A stretch of 64,000 bases of DNA from Candidatus Micrarchaeota archaeon (GTDB taxonomy: Archaea; Micrarchaeota; Micrarchaeia; Anstonellales; Bilamarchaeaceae): assembly GCA_964552755.1 (NCBI GenBank), contig CAZKHX010000001.1:84517-148516 (forward strand), in the 5' to 3' direction. The position numbers and the translations under genes are program-made. Below are positions 1 to 8,716 of this stretch, piece by piece (the first letter of the stretch is position 1; the number at the start of each line of letters is the position of its first letter). The notes beneath the pieces were generated by a model. It was given only the letters and a program-made list of their open reading frames with translations. It was not told the origin of the DNA and ran no database searches.

Positions 1-13
1 GCTGGCGGGGCAC

Positions 14-3000
14 GTGCAGGCGCGCCATCTCCGCCTAGGGAGCGAAGAGAAGTTCATGGCTGCGTTGCGGAAGGGGGCGCATGCGGCCGCTGAAATGGCT
101 GCACGGCCAAAGCAGCGGCGCACTGGCAAAGAGGGGAAGCCGCAGGCGCCTGGGGCCGCACGCCCGAAGCGGCAGCGCATGGGCGAAGAAGAGAAGCTGC
201 AGAAGCTCAGGGATGCCGGCGTATCGGAAGAGGCAATCCGCAAAATCAGCGGTTCTCAATACTACCTTCGCATATGGTCCCCTGCTAAGATAAGCTGGGC
301 TGAGAATGCGGGGCCGGAGCTCGCATGCTTCATGAAGCCGACCGATTGCCAAAAGCGCGCCGAAGCGGACTTCCTTTCGGCGCTGCAGAAGAGGAAGGAA
401 AAGGCGGAGGCAGCCGCGGAAAGGGCCGCCCGCCAGCGGCAGCTCATGGGCGAAGAAGAGAAGCTGAAGAAGCTGGAGGAGCTTGGCGTAGCTGAGCCCC
501 TTCCCTCAAGCAAATGGTTCCTAAGGCGGGTAACCGCAGAGACGCTGCCATTGCTCGAGGAAGCAAAGAGGCACGGGCTTCTCGGCATGGTGAGCGCCTC
601 CAATCTCCAGCGCTGCAAAACAAAGGAGGAATTCGTTGCTTTCCTCGAGAAGAGGGGCAGGGGCAGGAGGCCCACCTCTGGAGATAAACTGCGGATTCTC
701 CGGAGCTACGGCCTGCCGGAAGAAGAAACAAAACGGCTTGAGTCCTTCATAGGCCGCATTTCCACCAACCGGCTGGGGCGGGTCAAAAAAGCGCACGAGC
801 TGGGCCTGCTGGAATATGTTGCGGTACACCATTTCCAAATCACTTCGGAATACGCATTCATATCCCTGCTGTATCGCCTCAGGAAGAGAAAGACGGGAAT
901 AAAGCCCCCAATGCCATACTCATCCGGGAAAGAGAAGGGGCAGCCGCCGCCCAACTCACCTTCCGATGAAAAAAAGCTCAGGGCGCTTGAGGAGGCCGGC
1001 GCGCCGGCTTCTTTGGTCTCCAAGCTGAACCCCGGGAAGATTTCTGCCAAAAGACTGGAAGTTCTCATGGCTGCGGCAGAAGAAGGGCTCTTGGACTGCG
1101 CAGTGCCGAGCATTATCCATAGCACCAAGCTAACGAATCTGCTTTCGAAGCTCCGCGAGCGCAAGGCCAGCCTGTCAAGATTGAATACAAAGGCGGCCAC
1201 AAAGGCAATGAAGCTTTTGCACATGAAGGATAACCTTGGCTTCACGAAGGAGGAGATGGCCCGCGTTGAGCATCTCGTGCCTTCCATCCCGATGCGCAAG
1301 CTCCCATGGCTGAAAGACGCGGACAGGCTCGGGCTTCTGGAGCATGTGAACTCCTCTACTCTCAAGCACGAGGCCAAGGGGCAATTCATCGCCGCCCTTG
1401 AAGAACGAAGGGACAAAGTGTCATTGCCCCGCAAAAAGCTGGAGGCGCTGCACGGGCTGGGTATGCCCGAAGAAATATTTGAGCGCATTCGCCCCGGTCT
1501 TGGCCAGGTACCCCTCAAAAAAATTCCGTGGCTCAAGGCCGCGATGGAGCACGGCTTGGCGGAATATGCAAGGTTGTTCACTTTTGCCAAGGCCAAAGAC
1601 GAAAAGGAATTTGTTGCGCTCTTGCGCCGCTCAAAAGAATACCATGAGCGCAACAGCGCTGTGAATTCCCTCACGGAGCAGGAGCGCCATGCGTTGGTGA
1701 ATGAGAACATGGGCTTCATAATGCACATCGCAAACCTCGCGCATACGAGGTTCGGCCATTTCATGTCATTCGAGGAATGCCGCGGGGCCGCGGAGGAGGG
1801 CATGGTGAAGGCCTCGCACAAGTTCGACCCGGAGCGCGGGGTGAAATTCGTATCCTATGCCGCCTATTGGATGTGGAACAGCATATACCGGGAAGCAAGA
1901 GTAAAATCTCCCATCCCACTGCCGGCCAACGTATACCCAAACAGGAATGCGCTTGAAGATGCGGTGTATGCGCTGGAAACAGGGGTTGAGGAGACTTCTG
2001 AAATGACCCTTGGGGCGAAACGGCACATCGAATCGGTTTCAGCGGGAAAAAAGACGCTGGAGGACCTGAAAGCGGAAGCAACGGAACTCAACTTCCTCAT
2101 TTCAATGGCGCACGGCGCGCTGTCCCTGGACAAGCAGGTGAACGAAGACGGCAAGGCGGCTTTCGGGGACCTTGTCGGCCGCATCGGAGGCCAGGAAAGG
2201 GCGGTTGAGCTGTCGGAGATGCATGCCGCCATGCAGGGCGCCCTGCATGTCCTTACCTCTCAGCAGCAGGAAGCAATCAGGGAATATTACCTTTCAGGGG
2301 AGAAGCGGACCCTTCAGCAAATCGGGAATGGGATGGGGGTCAGCAGGGAGCGCGTCCGGCAGATCAAGTCTGCCGCGCTCACCCGCCTCGGAAGGGTCCC
2401 GGAAATCAGGGAACTGCTCGGGGAGGGTCGGACTCTTCTGGATTTCTTTATTCCCGGGAAGGTGCCTGTAGAGGAAAAGATTGCGTTCCTGCGGAAAGAG
2501 GGGTATCCGGAGGAGTTAATCAAGCGGCTGGAGCCGCAGATGATGGGCATACAAATGCGCAAATTGAAGGAATACCTGCCGATAGCCCGCGGCCTGGGCC
2601 TGCTCTCCCAGGTAAATATCTCCAGCATCAGGGCAAAGACAAGGGAGGAGTTTGTTTCCAAGATAACGCGCAAGCGGAAGCATGTTTTGCACCCGCTTTC
2701 GGACGTGGTTTCTGTGCCGGCGCACGTCCCTGCCCGCGCGGCTGAGGAACATGTTCCCCAGAAGCCGCGCAGGCGCTCTTTCTTCTATGGCGGAGGGAGG
2801 GTGGAACATGGCAGGGTGGGGAGGAAGCCCACCAGGGATGCCAAAATCGCGCTGCTCAGGGAGTTCGAGGCCCCAGCCCACCTGGCCGAATCCAAATCGC
2901 TGAAACTGGTTGGCCTCGAAAAGCTTCGTGAGCGCCTGCCGGTCGCGCAGAAGCTCGGGGCAATGCAGAAGCTCAGGATATGGCATCTCCAGGCTCGGAA

Positions 3001-4729
3001 TGAGACGGAATTCATCTCTAGGCTTGCCAATGCGAAGGGCAATGCAAGCGTGGAGGTGAAAATTGCATTGCTGGAAAAGCACGGCTGCGGGCATTTGGCC
3101 GCACAGCTTGGCCTGGAGTACATCTCCATGCAGAACCTTGAGCGCTATCCTCCGCTGGTATCCGGTTCCGGGCATTCCAAGCATGTAATGGCCTCCCATC
3201 TCAGGGAAGCGAAATCCGGGGCCGAATTCCTTGAGTTGGTGCACAGGCAGGCAGGGCTGCCCTCCGGCGGGCAGGATGGGGCGCAAGCCGGTCCCACCGG
3301 GAAAGCGAAAACCAAAGGCAGAAGCGAGGGGAAGAGAGGCAGCTTAACCCCGGAAGAGAAAAGGCAGAAGCTTGTGGCGCTCGGCATGCCTGCAGGCTTC
3401 CTGTCGGATTCCACTTTGAAATTTATCTCTGCAAAAAGAATCGGCTGGCTGGAGGAAGCGGCAGCGCAGGGGCTGGCCAGGTATGCAGCAGTCAGTAACC
3501 TGAGGTCAAGGACGGAAGAAGAATTCATTGCCGCCCTCCGGAAAAAACAGGAGAGGGAGCAGTGCAGGGAGGCCAGGGCGATTGAACGGAAGAAGGGGAA
3601 GCCCCTCTCCCCGGAAGAAAAAATACAAAAACTGGTGGGCCTGGGCATGCATGAGGGCATGGCGTATAAGATATGGCGCTACGTCCACCCGAAGAAGATG
3701 GCATGGGTGGAAAAAGCCGCGGATGAGGGCCTGCTTGAGCATGTGAATACCAGTAACATAACTACGGCAAAGTCAGGGAAAGAGCTTCTTGCCGCGCTTA
3801 GGGGGAAGAAGGCAAGGCTCTCGATAATGGCGGCGGCCCGCGAAGAAGCGGAAAAGGTGAAGGCAGAAGAAAAGGCGAGAAGGGCTGAGGCAAGGGCTGC
3901 GGAAAGGGAAGAAGCAAGGAAAGCAAAGAAGGCGGCAAAAGAGGAGGTCCGTGCAGAAGAAAAGGCGAGAAGGGCTGGAGCAAGGGCGGCTGCAAGGAAG
4001 GCAAGGGAGAAGGCAGAAGCGGAAGCAAAAGTGAAAAGGAAAGCAGAACGGGAAGCGAAAAGGAAAGCAAGGGAGAAGGCAGAAGCGGAAGCAAAAGCGA
4101 AAAGGAGAGCGGAAAGGGAAGAAGCAAGGAAAGCAAGAGAGGAAGCGAAAGCAGAGGCAAGGCGGGCCAGGAAGAATCGCCTTACCATAGATGAAAAAGC
4201 CCAAAGGCTGAGGGAATTGGGCGTCCGCAAAAAGACAATCGAAAACCTCACGCCCCACCTGAAGCAAATCTCCACCAGCAGGCTGGAATGGGTGTTGGAA
4301 GCGGACAGGCAGGATTTGGCAGGCCATATCAACAGCGGCATACTCAGCCTGCAGTATCCCACGCAGGAGGATTTCATCGCGGCCCTGCAGAGAAAAAGCG
4401 AAAAAGCCGCCAGGAGGAAGCCCGCCGGAATCTCTGAAATGCTTAAGGGCATGAACTGGGAATCGATGTCGCTCGAAGAGCTCGCGGAGCACGTGCCGGT
4501 AAAGGAGATAATGCTCGAGCACGAGGGGTTCCCGCGCGACGCCCTGGGCAGGAAATTGCTGGACGTTGTTTCCATAGAAGACCTCGTGCTTGCGATGATG
4601 CTCGCGAAGCGCTCAGCCGACCCGGATGCCGCCATAAGGAGGTATGCGTCCATGCAGAAGGGCGACCTCATCAGGCTTTTCTTCCCGTTCATCAGCCCCC
4701 TAAGCGAAGAATCGCGGGACGCTTCCTAG
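14..4729 (+). CDS. Giant sigma-70-family domain protein with >=12 helical repeats (5'-partial; frame is open to the window edge)
   Basis: Sigma region 2 (LVNENMGFIMHIA...FDPERGVKFVSYAAYWMWNSI, ~1676-1900), region 3.2-like SLDKQVNEDG and region 4 HTH (RTLQQIGNGMGVSRERVRQIKSAALTRL, ~2220-2400). Flanked by repeated EEK-x3-L-x2-LG...W-x3-A-x3-GL...EEF-x3-L modules. No stop between position 2 and 14. Confidence 0.85.
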   Translation: MQARHLRLGSEEKFMAALRKGAHAAAEMAARPKQRRTGKEGKPQAPGAARPKRQRMGEEEKLQKLRDAGVSEEAIRKISGSQYYLRIWSPAKISWAENAGPELACFMKPTDCQKRAEADFLSALQKRKEKAEAAAERAARQRQLMGEEEKLKKLEELGVAEPLPSSKWFLRRVTAETLPLLEEAKRHGLLGMVSASNLQRCKTKEEFVAFLEKRGRGRRPTSGDKLRILRSYGLPEEETKRLESFIGRISTNRLGRVKKAHELGLLEYVAVHHFQITSEYAFISLLYRLRKRKTGIKPPMPYSSGKEKGQPPPNSPSDEKKLRALEEAGAPASLVSKLNPGKISAKRLEVLMAAAEEGLLDCAVPSIIHSTKLTNLLSKLRERKASLSRLNTKAATKAMKLLHMKDNLGFTKEEMARVEHLVPSIPMRKLPWLKDADRLGLLEHVNSSTLKHEAKGQFIAALEERRDKVSLPRKKLEALHGLGMPEEIFERIRPGLGQVPLKKIPWLKAAMEHGLAEYARLFTFAKAKDEKEFVALLRRSKEYHERNSAVNSLTEQERHALVNENMGFIMHIANLAHTRFGHFMSFEECRGAAEEGMVKASHKFDPERGVKFVSYAAYWMWNSIYREARVKSPIPLPANVYPNRNALEDAVYALETGVEETSEMTLGAKRHIESVSAGKKTLEDLKAEATELNFLISMAHGALSLDKQVNEDGKAAFGDLVGRIGGQERAVELSEMHAAMQGALHVLTSQQQEAIREYYLSGEKRTLQQIGNGMGVSRERVRQIKSAALTRLGRVPEIRELLGEGRTLLDFFIPGKVPVEEKIAFLRKEGYPEELIKRLEPQMMGIQMRKLKEYLPIARGLGLLSQVNISSIRAKTREEFVSKITRKRKHVLHPLSDVVSVPAHVPARAAEEHVPQKPRRRSFFYGGGRVEHGRVGRKPTRDAKIALLREFEAPAHLAESKSLKLVGLEKLRERLPVAQKLGAMQKLRIWHLQARNETEFISRLANAKGNASVEVKIALLEKHGCGHLAAQLGLEYISMQNLERYPPLVSGSGHSKHVMASHLREAKSGAEFLELVHRQAGLPSGGQDGAQAGPTGKAKTKGRSEGKRGSLTPEEKRQKLVALGMPAGFLSDSTLKFISAKRIGWLEEAAAQGLARYAAVSNLRSRTEEEFIAALRKKQEREQCREARAIERKKGKPLSPEEKIQKLVGLGMHEGMAYKIWRYVHPKKMAWVEKAADEGLLEHVNTSNITTAKSGKELLAALRGKKARLSIMAAAREEAEKVKAEEKARRAEARAAEREEARKAKKAAKEEVRAEEKARRAGARAAARKAREKAEAEAKVKRKAEREAKRKAREKAEAEAKAKRRAEREEARKAREEAKAEARRARKNRLTIDEKAQRLRELGVRKKTIENLTPHLKQISTSRLEWVLEADRQDLAGHINSGILSLQYPTQEDFIAALQRKSEKAARRKPAGISEMLKGMNWESMSLEELAEHVPVKEIMLEHEGFPRDALGRKLLDVVSIEDLVLAMMLAKRSADPDAAIRRYASMQKGDLIRLFFPFISPLSEESRDAS
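3840..4165 (+). repeat. Low-complexity A/E/K/R-rich coding repeat (putative single alpha-helix linker)
   Basis: AEEKARRAEARAAEREEARKAKK... with internal DNA duplications such as gcagaagaaaaggcgagaagggct and gcaagggagaaggcagaagcggaagcaaaag, each present twice. Confidence 0.85.
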
Positions 4730-4753
4730 CCGGAAAATGGCGGCCTGCGAAAC

Positions 4754-4763
4754 CGTTTTAATA
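4754..4763 (+). promoter_or_regulatory. Archaeal TATA box of sigma paralog 2 (leaderless)
   Basis: cgTTTTAATA about 23-30 nt upstream of ATG 4786; same spacing as the paralog 3 promoter. Confidence 0.65.
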
Positions 4764-4785
4764 CGTGTGAATGAAAATCCACATA

Positions 4786-5847
4786 ATGTCTTCTGTAGCC
4801 ATACAGTTGCCTCCCAGCGAGCGGAGGCCGGCACTGCGCAGGCCGCGCGCACCACAGCCAAAGTCAACATGGAGCAGGAAGGCCGGCGCAGGCGACATCC
4901 CGTTCAGGGCGAGGAAGCCGGTACCTGAACTGGGCTTCCCAAGCTCCATAGAGGAGGCGATAAGCCAGAACGGCGACATCATAGGCAACTGGGTGCGCCG
5001 CCTGAGTTCATGGGGGAGAAGGTACGGGTTCAGCTGGCAGGACCTCGAGCACTTCGGCAGGACCGGGCTGGCAAGGGCATACATGCGCTTCGAGCCGGAG
5101 AGGGGCGTGGACTTCAGGGCATATTGCGGGAACTTCATCGGCAGGACGATACAGCGCGAAGTGATGAGGGACGCGAAGGGCATGCTCAGCTTCAACGCGG
5201 TTGAAAGGTATGAGAGCACTGCCGATGCTCTCGACTGCTACGAGAACGGCGGGGACCCGGGCCTGCTCCCGAAGCTCGCAAGAAACAAATACGACCTCCT
5301 CGCGTCCGGGGAAATCACGGCGAAGCAGGTGGATGCATGGCTCAGCAGGGCGGCAGGGCAAATCCACAACGCCGCGCAGCCAAAATCGCTCGATGCGCCC
5401 GTTGCGCGGGGAGTTGATACCCCGCTGGGCGAGAGCTCAAAGCTCCCATGCGGCTCATTCAACACCGAGGGCTATGACATGGAGCGCCTCAGGCAGAGGG
5501 TGGAATTCCACCTGAATTATGTGCTGGTCACCAATTCCAGCTGGAACGAAACCACGAAAGGCAGGGCAAGGAAAATATTCAGCTCGCTGTGGCTCAGCGA
5601 AAAGCCCCTGAACGGTGCGGAGCTTGCGGAAATGTTCTGGCTGACACGCGAGAGGGTGAGGCAGCTCGATGCTCGCGTGATGGCCGAGATGGTGCCCCGC
5701 CTGCTTTCCGACCCGCTTGTTTCCGAATTCGTGAGCGCGGGCCTGGGCATAAGCGAGGATTCCATAGACGGGAAGCGCCGCTTTTTCGCGGGCATGGGGT
5801 GCAAGGAGAAGGCGAAGTCCCACGTGCCGCGCTACGACCGCATTTGA
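4786..5847 (+). CDS. Sigma-70-family protein, paralog 2
   Basis: Region 2 (QDLEHFGRTGLARAYMRFEPERGVDFRAYCGNFIGRTI), SLDAPV region 3.2 and region 4 (AELAEMFWLTRERVRQL). Start placed at MSSVA by analogy with paralog 3. Confidence 0.8.
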   Translation: MSSVAIQLPPSERRPALRRPRAPQPKSTWSRKAGAGDIPFRARKPVPELGFPSSIEEAISQNGDIIGNWVRRLSSWGRRYGFSWQDLEHFGRTGLARAYMRFEPERGVDFRAYCGNFIGRTIQREVMRDAKGMLSFNAVERYESTADALDCYENGGDPGLLPKLARNKYDLLASGEITAKQVDAWLSRAAGQIHNAAQPKSLDAPVARGVDTPLGESSKLPCGSFNTEGYDMERLRQRVEFHLNYVLVTNSSWNETTKGRARKIFSSLWLSEKPLNGAELAEMFWLTRERVRQLDARVMAEMVPRLLSDPLVSEFVSAGLGISEDSIDGKRRFFAGMGCKEKAKSHVPRYDRI

Positions 5848-5861
5848 GCCTCTCCCGGAAG

Positions 5862-5871
5862 CGTTTTAAAA
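5862..5871 (+). promoter_or_regulatory. Archaeal TATA box of sigma paralog 3 (leaderless)
   Basis: cgTTTTAAAA about 23-30 nt upstream of ATG 5894. Confidence 0.65.
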
Positions 5872-5893
5872 TCTGGGAGACAAAATACGCATA

Positions 5894-7126
5894 ATGTCTT
5901 CTGTAGCTACCCAAAAGCGGAACAGCCGAAGGGGGCAAGCCCAGCCTGTGAAATCAACGATGCAGAGGGCGAAGGATGGGAACGAGAGGCGCTGGGACCT
6001 CGGCAACCTTGGCGTCATAACCGCAGCGCAGGCAGTCCAGGCATATGCGCCGCTCGCATCGGGAATCGCATGGAGGAAGTCCAGGATAAAGCAGAACGTG
6101 GGCATCAGCAAGGAGGACCTCGTGCAGGAAGTTCACCTTAGGATGGTCCAGGACATCTTCGACAAGTTCGACCCATCCCGCGGGGTGAAATTCGAGACCT
6201 TCATGAGCAGGCAGATAGAGGGCGCGATAACCAGCGAGATTTCCCGCGCGTTCACCCAGAACGGCTCCGTTTATGCGAACATCTCGCGCGTAAGGGTGGC
6301 GCAGAGCGCGCTGGACGCAAGGCGCGGCATCCAGGGCCGGGAGCTGCTCACAGATTCCGCAAAGAAGATGCTTATAGGGATGCAGAAAGGGGAGCTGAGC
6401 GAGGAGGAGGTCATGCGCCGCATAGAGAAGATGAAGCAGGGCCTCTTCCGCGCGGACCACGTTTTCCTTTCCTCCCCGGAAAGGGCGGATGAAAACGGCA
6501 AGGAGCGGTTATACTCGGATACCCTAGCCGACCGGTCCGTGCAGATGCCGGACGAGCGCAGGGACGTTACCAGGATGAGGATGGCCGTTGACGGCACCAT
6601 GGCTGTGCTAAACGGCCGGGAGCTCGAGGCGGTGAGGAGGCGCTACTTCGGCCTCGGCTGGGGAAGGGAAGGAAAGCAGCCCCCGCTTGCGGAAATAGGC
6701 AGGGCGATGGGCATAAGCAGGGAGCGGGTGAGGCAGGTGCTGGAGGCAGCCCATAAGAAAATGGGCGACCGGCTCTCCCAGAATCTCAAGATACAGGAGT
6801 TCCTCGGGAAGGGAGCTTCCGAGCTTCTGGAAGGGATGAACAGGCCGAGGAGGGAATACTGCAAAAACGGGAAAGGCCGGAAAAGGCATGCCTCCCAGGG
6901 CGTCCAGGAGAAGAAGGAGGCGGTCCGCGCAATGGGCGCCAGCGAAAAGACGGTGCGCTCGGTCCAGTGGAACGAGGTCCCGGGCTGGAAGATACCTTGG
7001 GCGGAAATCGCAATAGAATTGGGGGTGGAGGGCAGGCTGAATGCCGGCATGTTCAAGGCCGCGGAGACAAGGAGGCAGTTCAGGAGCATGTGCAGGAAAC
7101 TCAGGCAAGCCCGCTCCTCTGCGTAA
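5894..7126 (+). CDS. Sigma-70-family protein, paralog 3, with one C-terminal copy of the helical repeat
   Basis: Region 2 (SKEDLVQE...FDPSRGVKFETFMSRQIEGAI) and region 4 (LNGRELEAVRRRY...LAEIGRAMGISRERVRQVLEAAHKKM). C-terminus QEKKEAVRAMG...KIPWAEIAIELG...RRQFRSMCRK matches the repeat of ORF 14-4729. Confidence 0.85.
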   Translation: MSSVATQKRNSRRGQAQPVKSTMQRAKDGNERRWDLGNLGVITAAQAVQAYAPLASGIAWRKSRIKQNVGISKEDLVQEVHLRMVQDIFDKFDPSRGVKFETFMSRQIEGAITSEISRAFTQNGSVYANISRVRVAQSALDARRGIQGRELLTDSAKKMLIGMQKGELSEEEVMRRIEKMKQGLFRADHVFLSSPERADENGKERLYSDTLADRSVQMPDERRDVTRMRMAVDGTMAVLNGRELEAVRRRYFGLGWGREGKQPPLAEIGRAMGISRERVRQVLEAAHKKMGDRLSQNLKIQEFLGKGASELLEGMNRPRREYCKNGKGRKRHASQGVQEKKEAVRAMGASEKTVRSVQWNEVPGWKIPWAEIAIELGVEGRLNAGMFKAAETRRQFRSMCRKLRQARSSA

Positions 7127-8357
7127 TCTCGCCTGCAATGTTGCGCATCATCTCATCGCGCACCTTCTCCACCTTCTTCTCATGCCCCAGCACCCAGCAC
7201 ATTTTCGCATAGGCGGCCTCCGGGGTCCAGTCCGCAAGGTGGCCGAACACCCCCGCATCCTGGAGCATGCGGCCCGCGGTGTATACGTTCAAATCAAGGC
7301 GGCCGGAGATGCACTGCGAGCTCATCGCAACCGGCACCCCGGAATCAACAAGCGCTTTTACTTCGGGGAGGATGCTCTTCGCAAGCTTGTCGTTGAAGGC
7401 GTTGGTGGGCGCGTTGCCCAGCCCGGTGCCCACGAGCACCACCCCGTCGAAGGAAGAGAGCTTTGAAACGAACGAAGGCTGCACCCCCGGATACAAATAA
7501 AACAGGGAAACGTTGCCGCTTACTTTATTGTTGAACTTCAATTTGCCGCCGCGATTGTGGTAGGGAAGCAGGGGCTCCACGAGCTTCTTCCTGTAGTCCA
7601 CGCGGGCAAGCGGAGGAGAATTTATCGAATGGAAGGCGTCCCTGCGCGTGGTGTGCATCTTGCGCACCCGCGTTCCGAGGTGTATCACGTCCATGCCGTC
7701 TCCGGTCCCAGAATGCATGCACACGCCCACGTTCGCCATGGGGCCGTTCTTAGCGGCATAGGCCGCATTTAGGATGTTCAGCCGCGCATCGGTGGATGGC
7801 CGGTCGGAGCTGCGCTGCGCCCCAACAAGGTAAACCGGCGCGGGCAAATCCTGCAGCATGAAGGAAAGCGCCGCGGAAGTGTAATGCATGGTGTCGGTGC
7901 CGTGCAGCACGAGCACGCCCTGCGCGCCTGAGCCGATTTCTTCCTTTATCGCCTCCGCCGCCTTTGCCCAGTGCAGCGGGCTCATGTCCTCGGAAAGTAT
8001 CGCAAACACCTCGCGCGCACGGAAGGATGCAATTTCATGCAGGCCGGGGATGCCCTTCATCAGGTCGGAGGGCTTGGTGGTCGGGAAGACCGCCCCGGTC
8101 TTGTATTCCACTTTGGATGAGACGGTGCCTCCCATCCCTACGATGGAAATCTCGGCCTTGCCCGGAACCTTTTCCTCCTTCTCTTTGGGCTGTGGAACGG
8201 AGCCGAGCTCCTCGACTTTCGCCCCGTCCTTCGCAATGCCTATGTTGTAGCCTGAATCAAGCTTCAGGGCAAGGAAGCCCTTGTCCATGGACGGGAGGAG
8301 TATCCCCTCGTAAACCCTGCCCTTCCTGTCCACGCGGACGCGCCTGAGCTTCTCCAT
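7101..8357 (-). CDS. gatD: Glu-tRNA(Gln) amidotransferase subunit D
   Basis: N-terminal LKLDSGYNIG domain, GGTVSSKVEYKTGAV, HGTDTM and QRSSDRPS motifs. Start trimmed to MEKLRRV, downstream of a TATA element at ~8379-8385. Confidence 0.95.
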   Translation of the reverse strand: MEKLRRVRVDRKGRVYEGILLPSMDKGFLALKLDSGYNIGIAKDGAKVEELGSVPQPKEKEEKVPGKAEISIVGMGGTVSSKVEYKTGAVFPTTKPSDLMKGIPGLHEIASFRAREVFAILSEDMSPLHWAKAAEAIKEEIGSGAQGVLVLHGTDTMHYTSAALSFMLQDLPAPVYLVGAQRSSDRPSTDARLNILNAAYAAKNGPMANVGVCMHSGTGDGMDVIHLGTRVRKMHTTRRDAFHSINSPPLARVDYRKKLVEPLLPYHNRGGKLKFNNKVSGNVSLFYLYPGVQPSFVSKLSSFDGVVLVGTGLGNAPTNAFNDKLAKSILPEVKALVDSGVPVAMSSQCISGRLDLNVYTAGRMLQDAGVFGHLADWTPEAAYAKMCWVLGHEKKVEKVRDEMMRNIAGEITQRSGLA

Positions 8358-8406
8358 GCGCAACATTCGGGCATTTGCATTAAAATGCTTTCTGCGAAAC
8401 CCAGTT

Positions 8407-8703
8407 ATGTATATGAAGGTGCACGAGCATACGCGGGGGAAAATCATTGCCGCGTGCGACAGGGGGCTGGTAGGGAAAGTGCTGCATGAGGGGGATGCAG
8501 TGCTGGACCTGAAGGAGTACGCATCGTTCTACAAGGGCGAGCCGGCGGAAGAAGCTGACCTGCTGAAGGCGATGCGCGGAGCCTCTTCGCTGAACCTTGT
8601 GGGGGAAAAAGCGGTTTCCGTAGCCCTTGAACAGGGGATTCTGGAACAAAACGACGTTAAGTATATAAATGGGGTTCCACATATACAAATTTACAGAATC
8701 TGA
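8407..8703 (+). CDS. DUF424 family protein
   Basis: MYMKVHE...IIAACDRGLVGK...SLNLVGEKAV...VPHIQIY pattern of archaeal DUF424. Confidence 0.8.
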   Translation: MYMKVHEHTRGKIIAACDRGLVGKVLHEGDAVLDLKEYASFYKGEPAEEADLLKAMRGASSLNLVGEKAVSVALEQGILEQNDVKYINGVPHIQIYRI

Positions 8704-8716
8704 GGGAGGGGTACCC

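Noticed and set aside
1-7126. Bacterial contamination or prophage as the source of the sigma genes
   Set aside because: Paralogs 2 and 3 have archaeal TATA promoters, paralog 3 overlaps archaeal gatD, composition matches the flanks and no phage genes are adjacent. A read-level check is still advisable.
7101-8447. L-asparaginase call and the extended 8447 start
   Set aside because: The N-terminal LKLDSGYNIG domain and RSSDRPS motif are GatD-specific; the extension overlaps the divergent DUF424 gene and the shared TATA.
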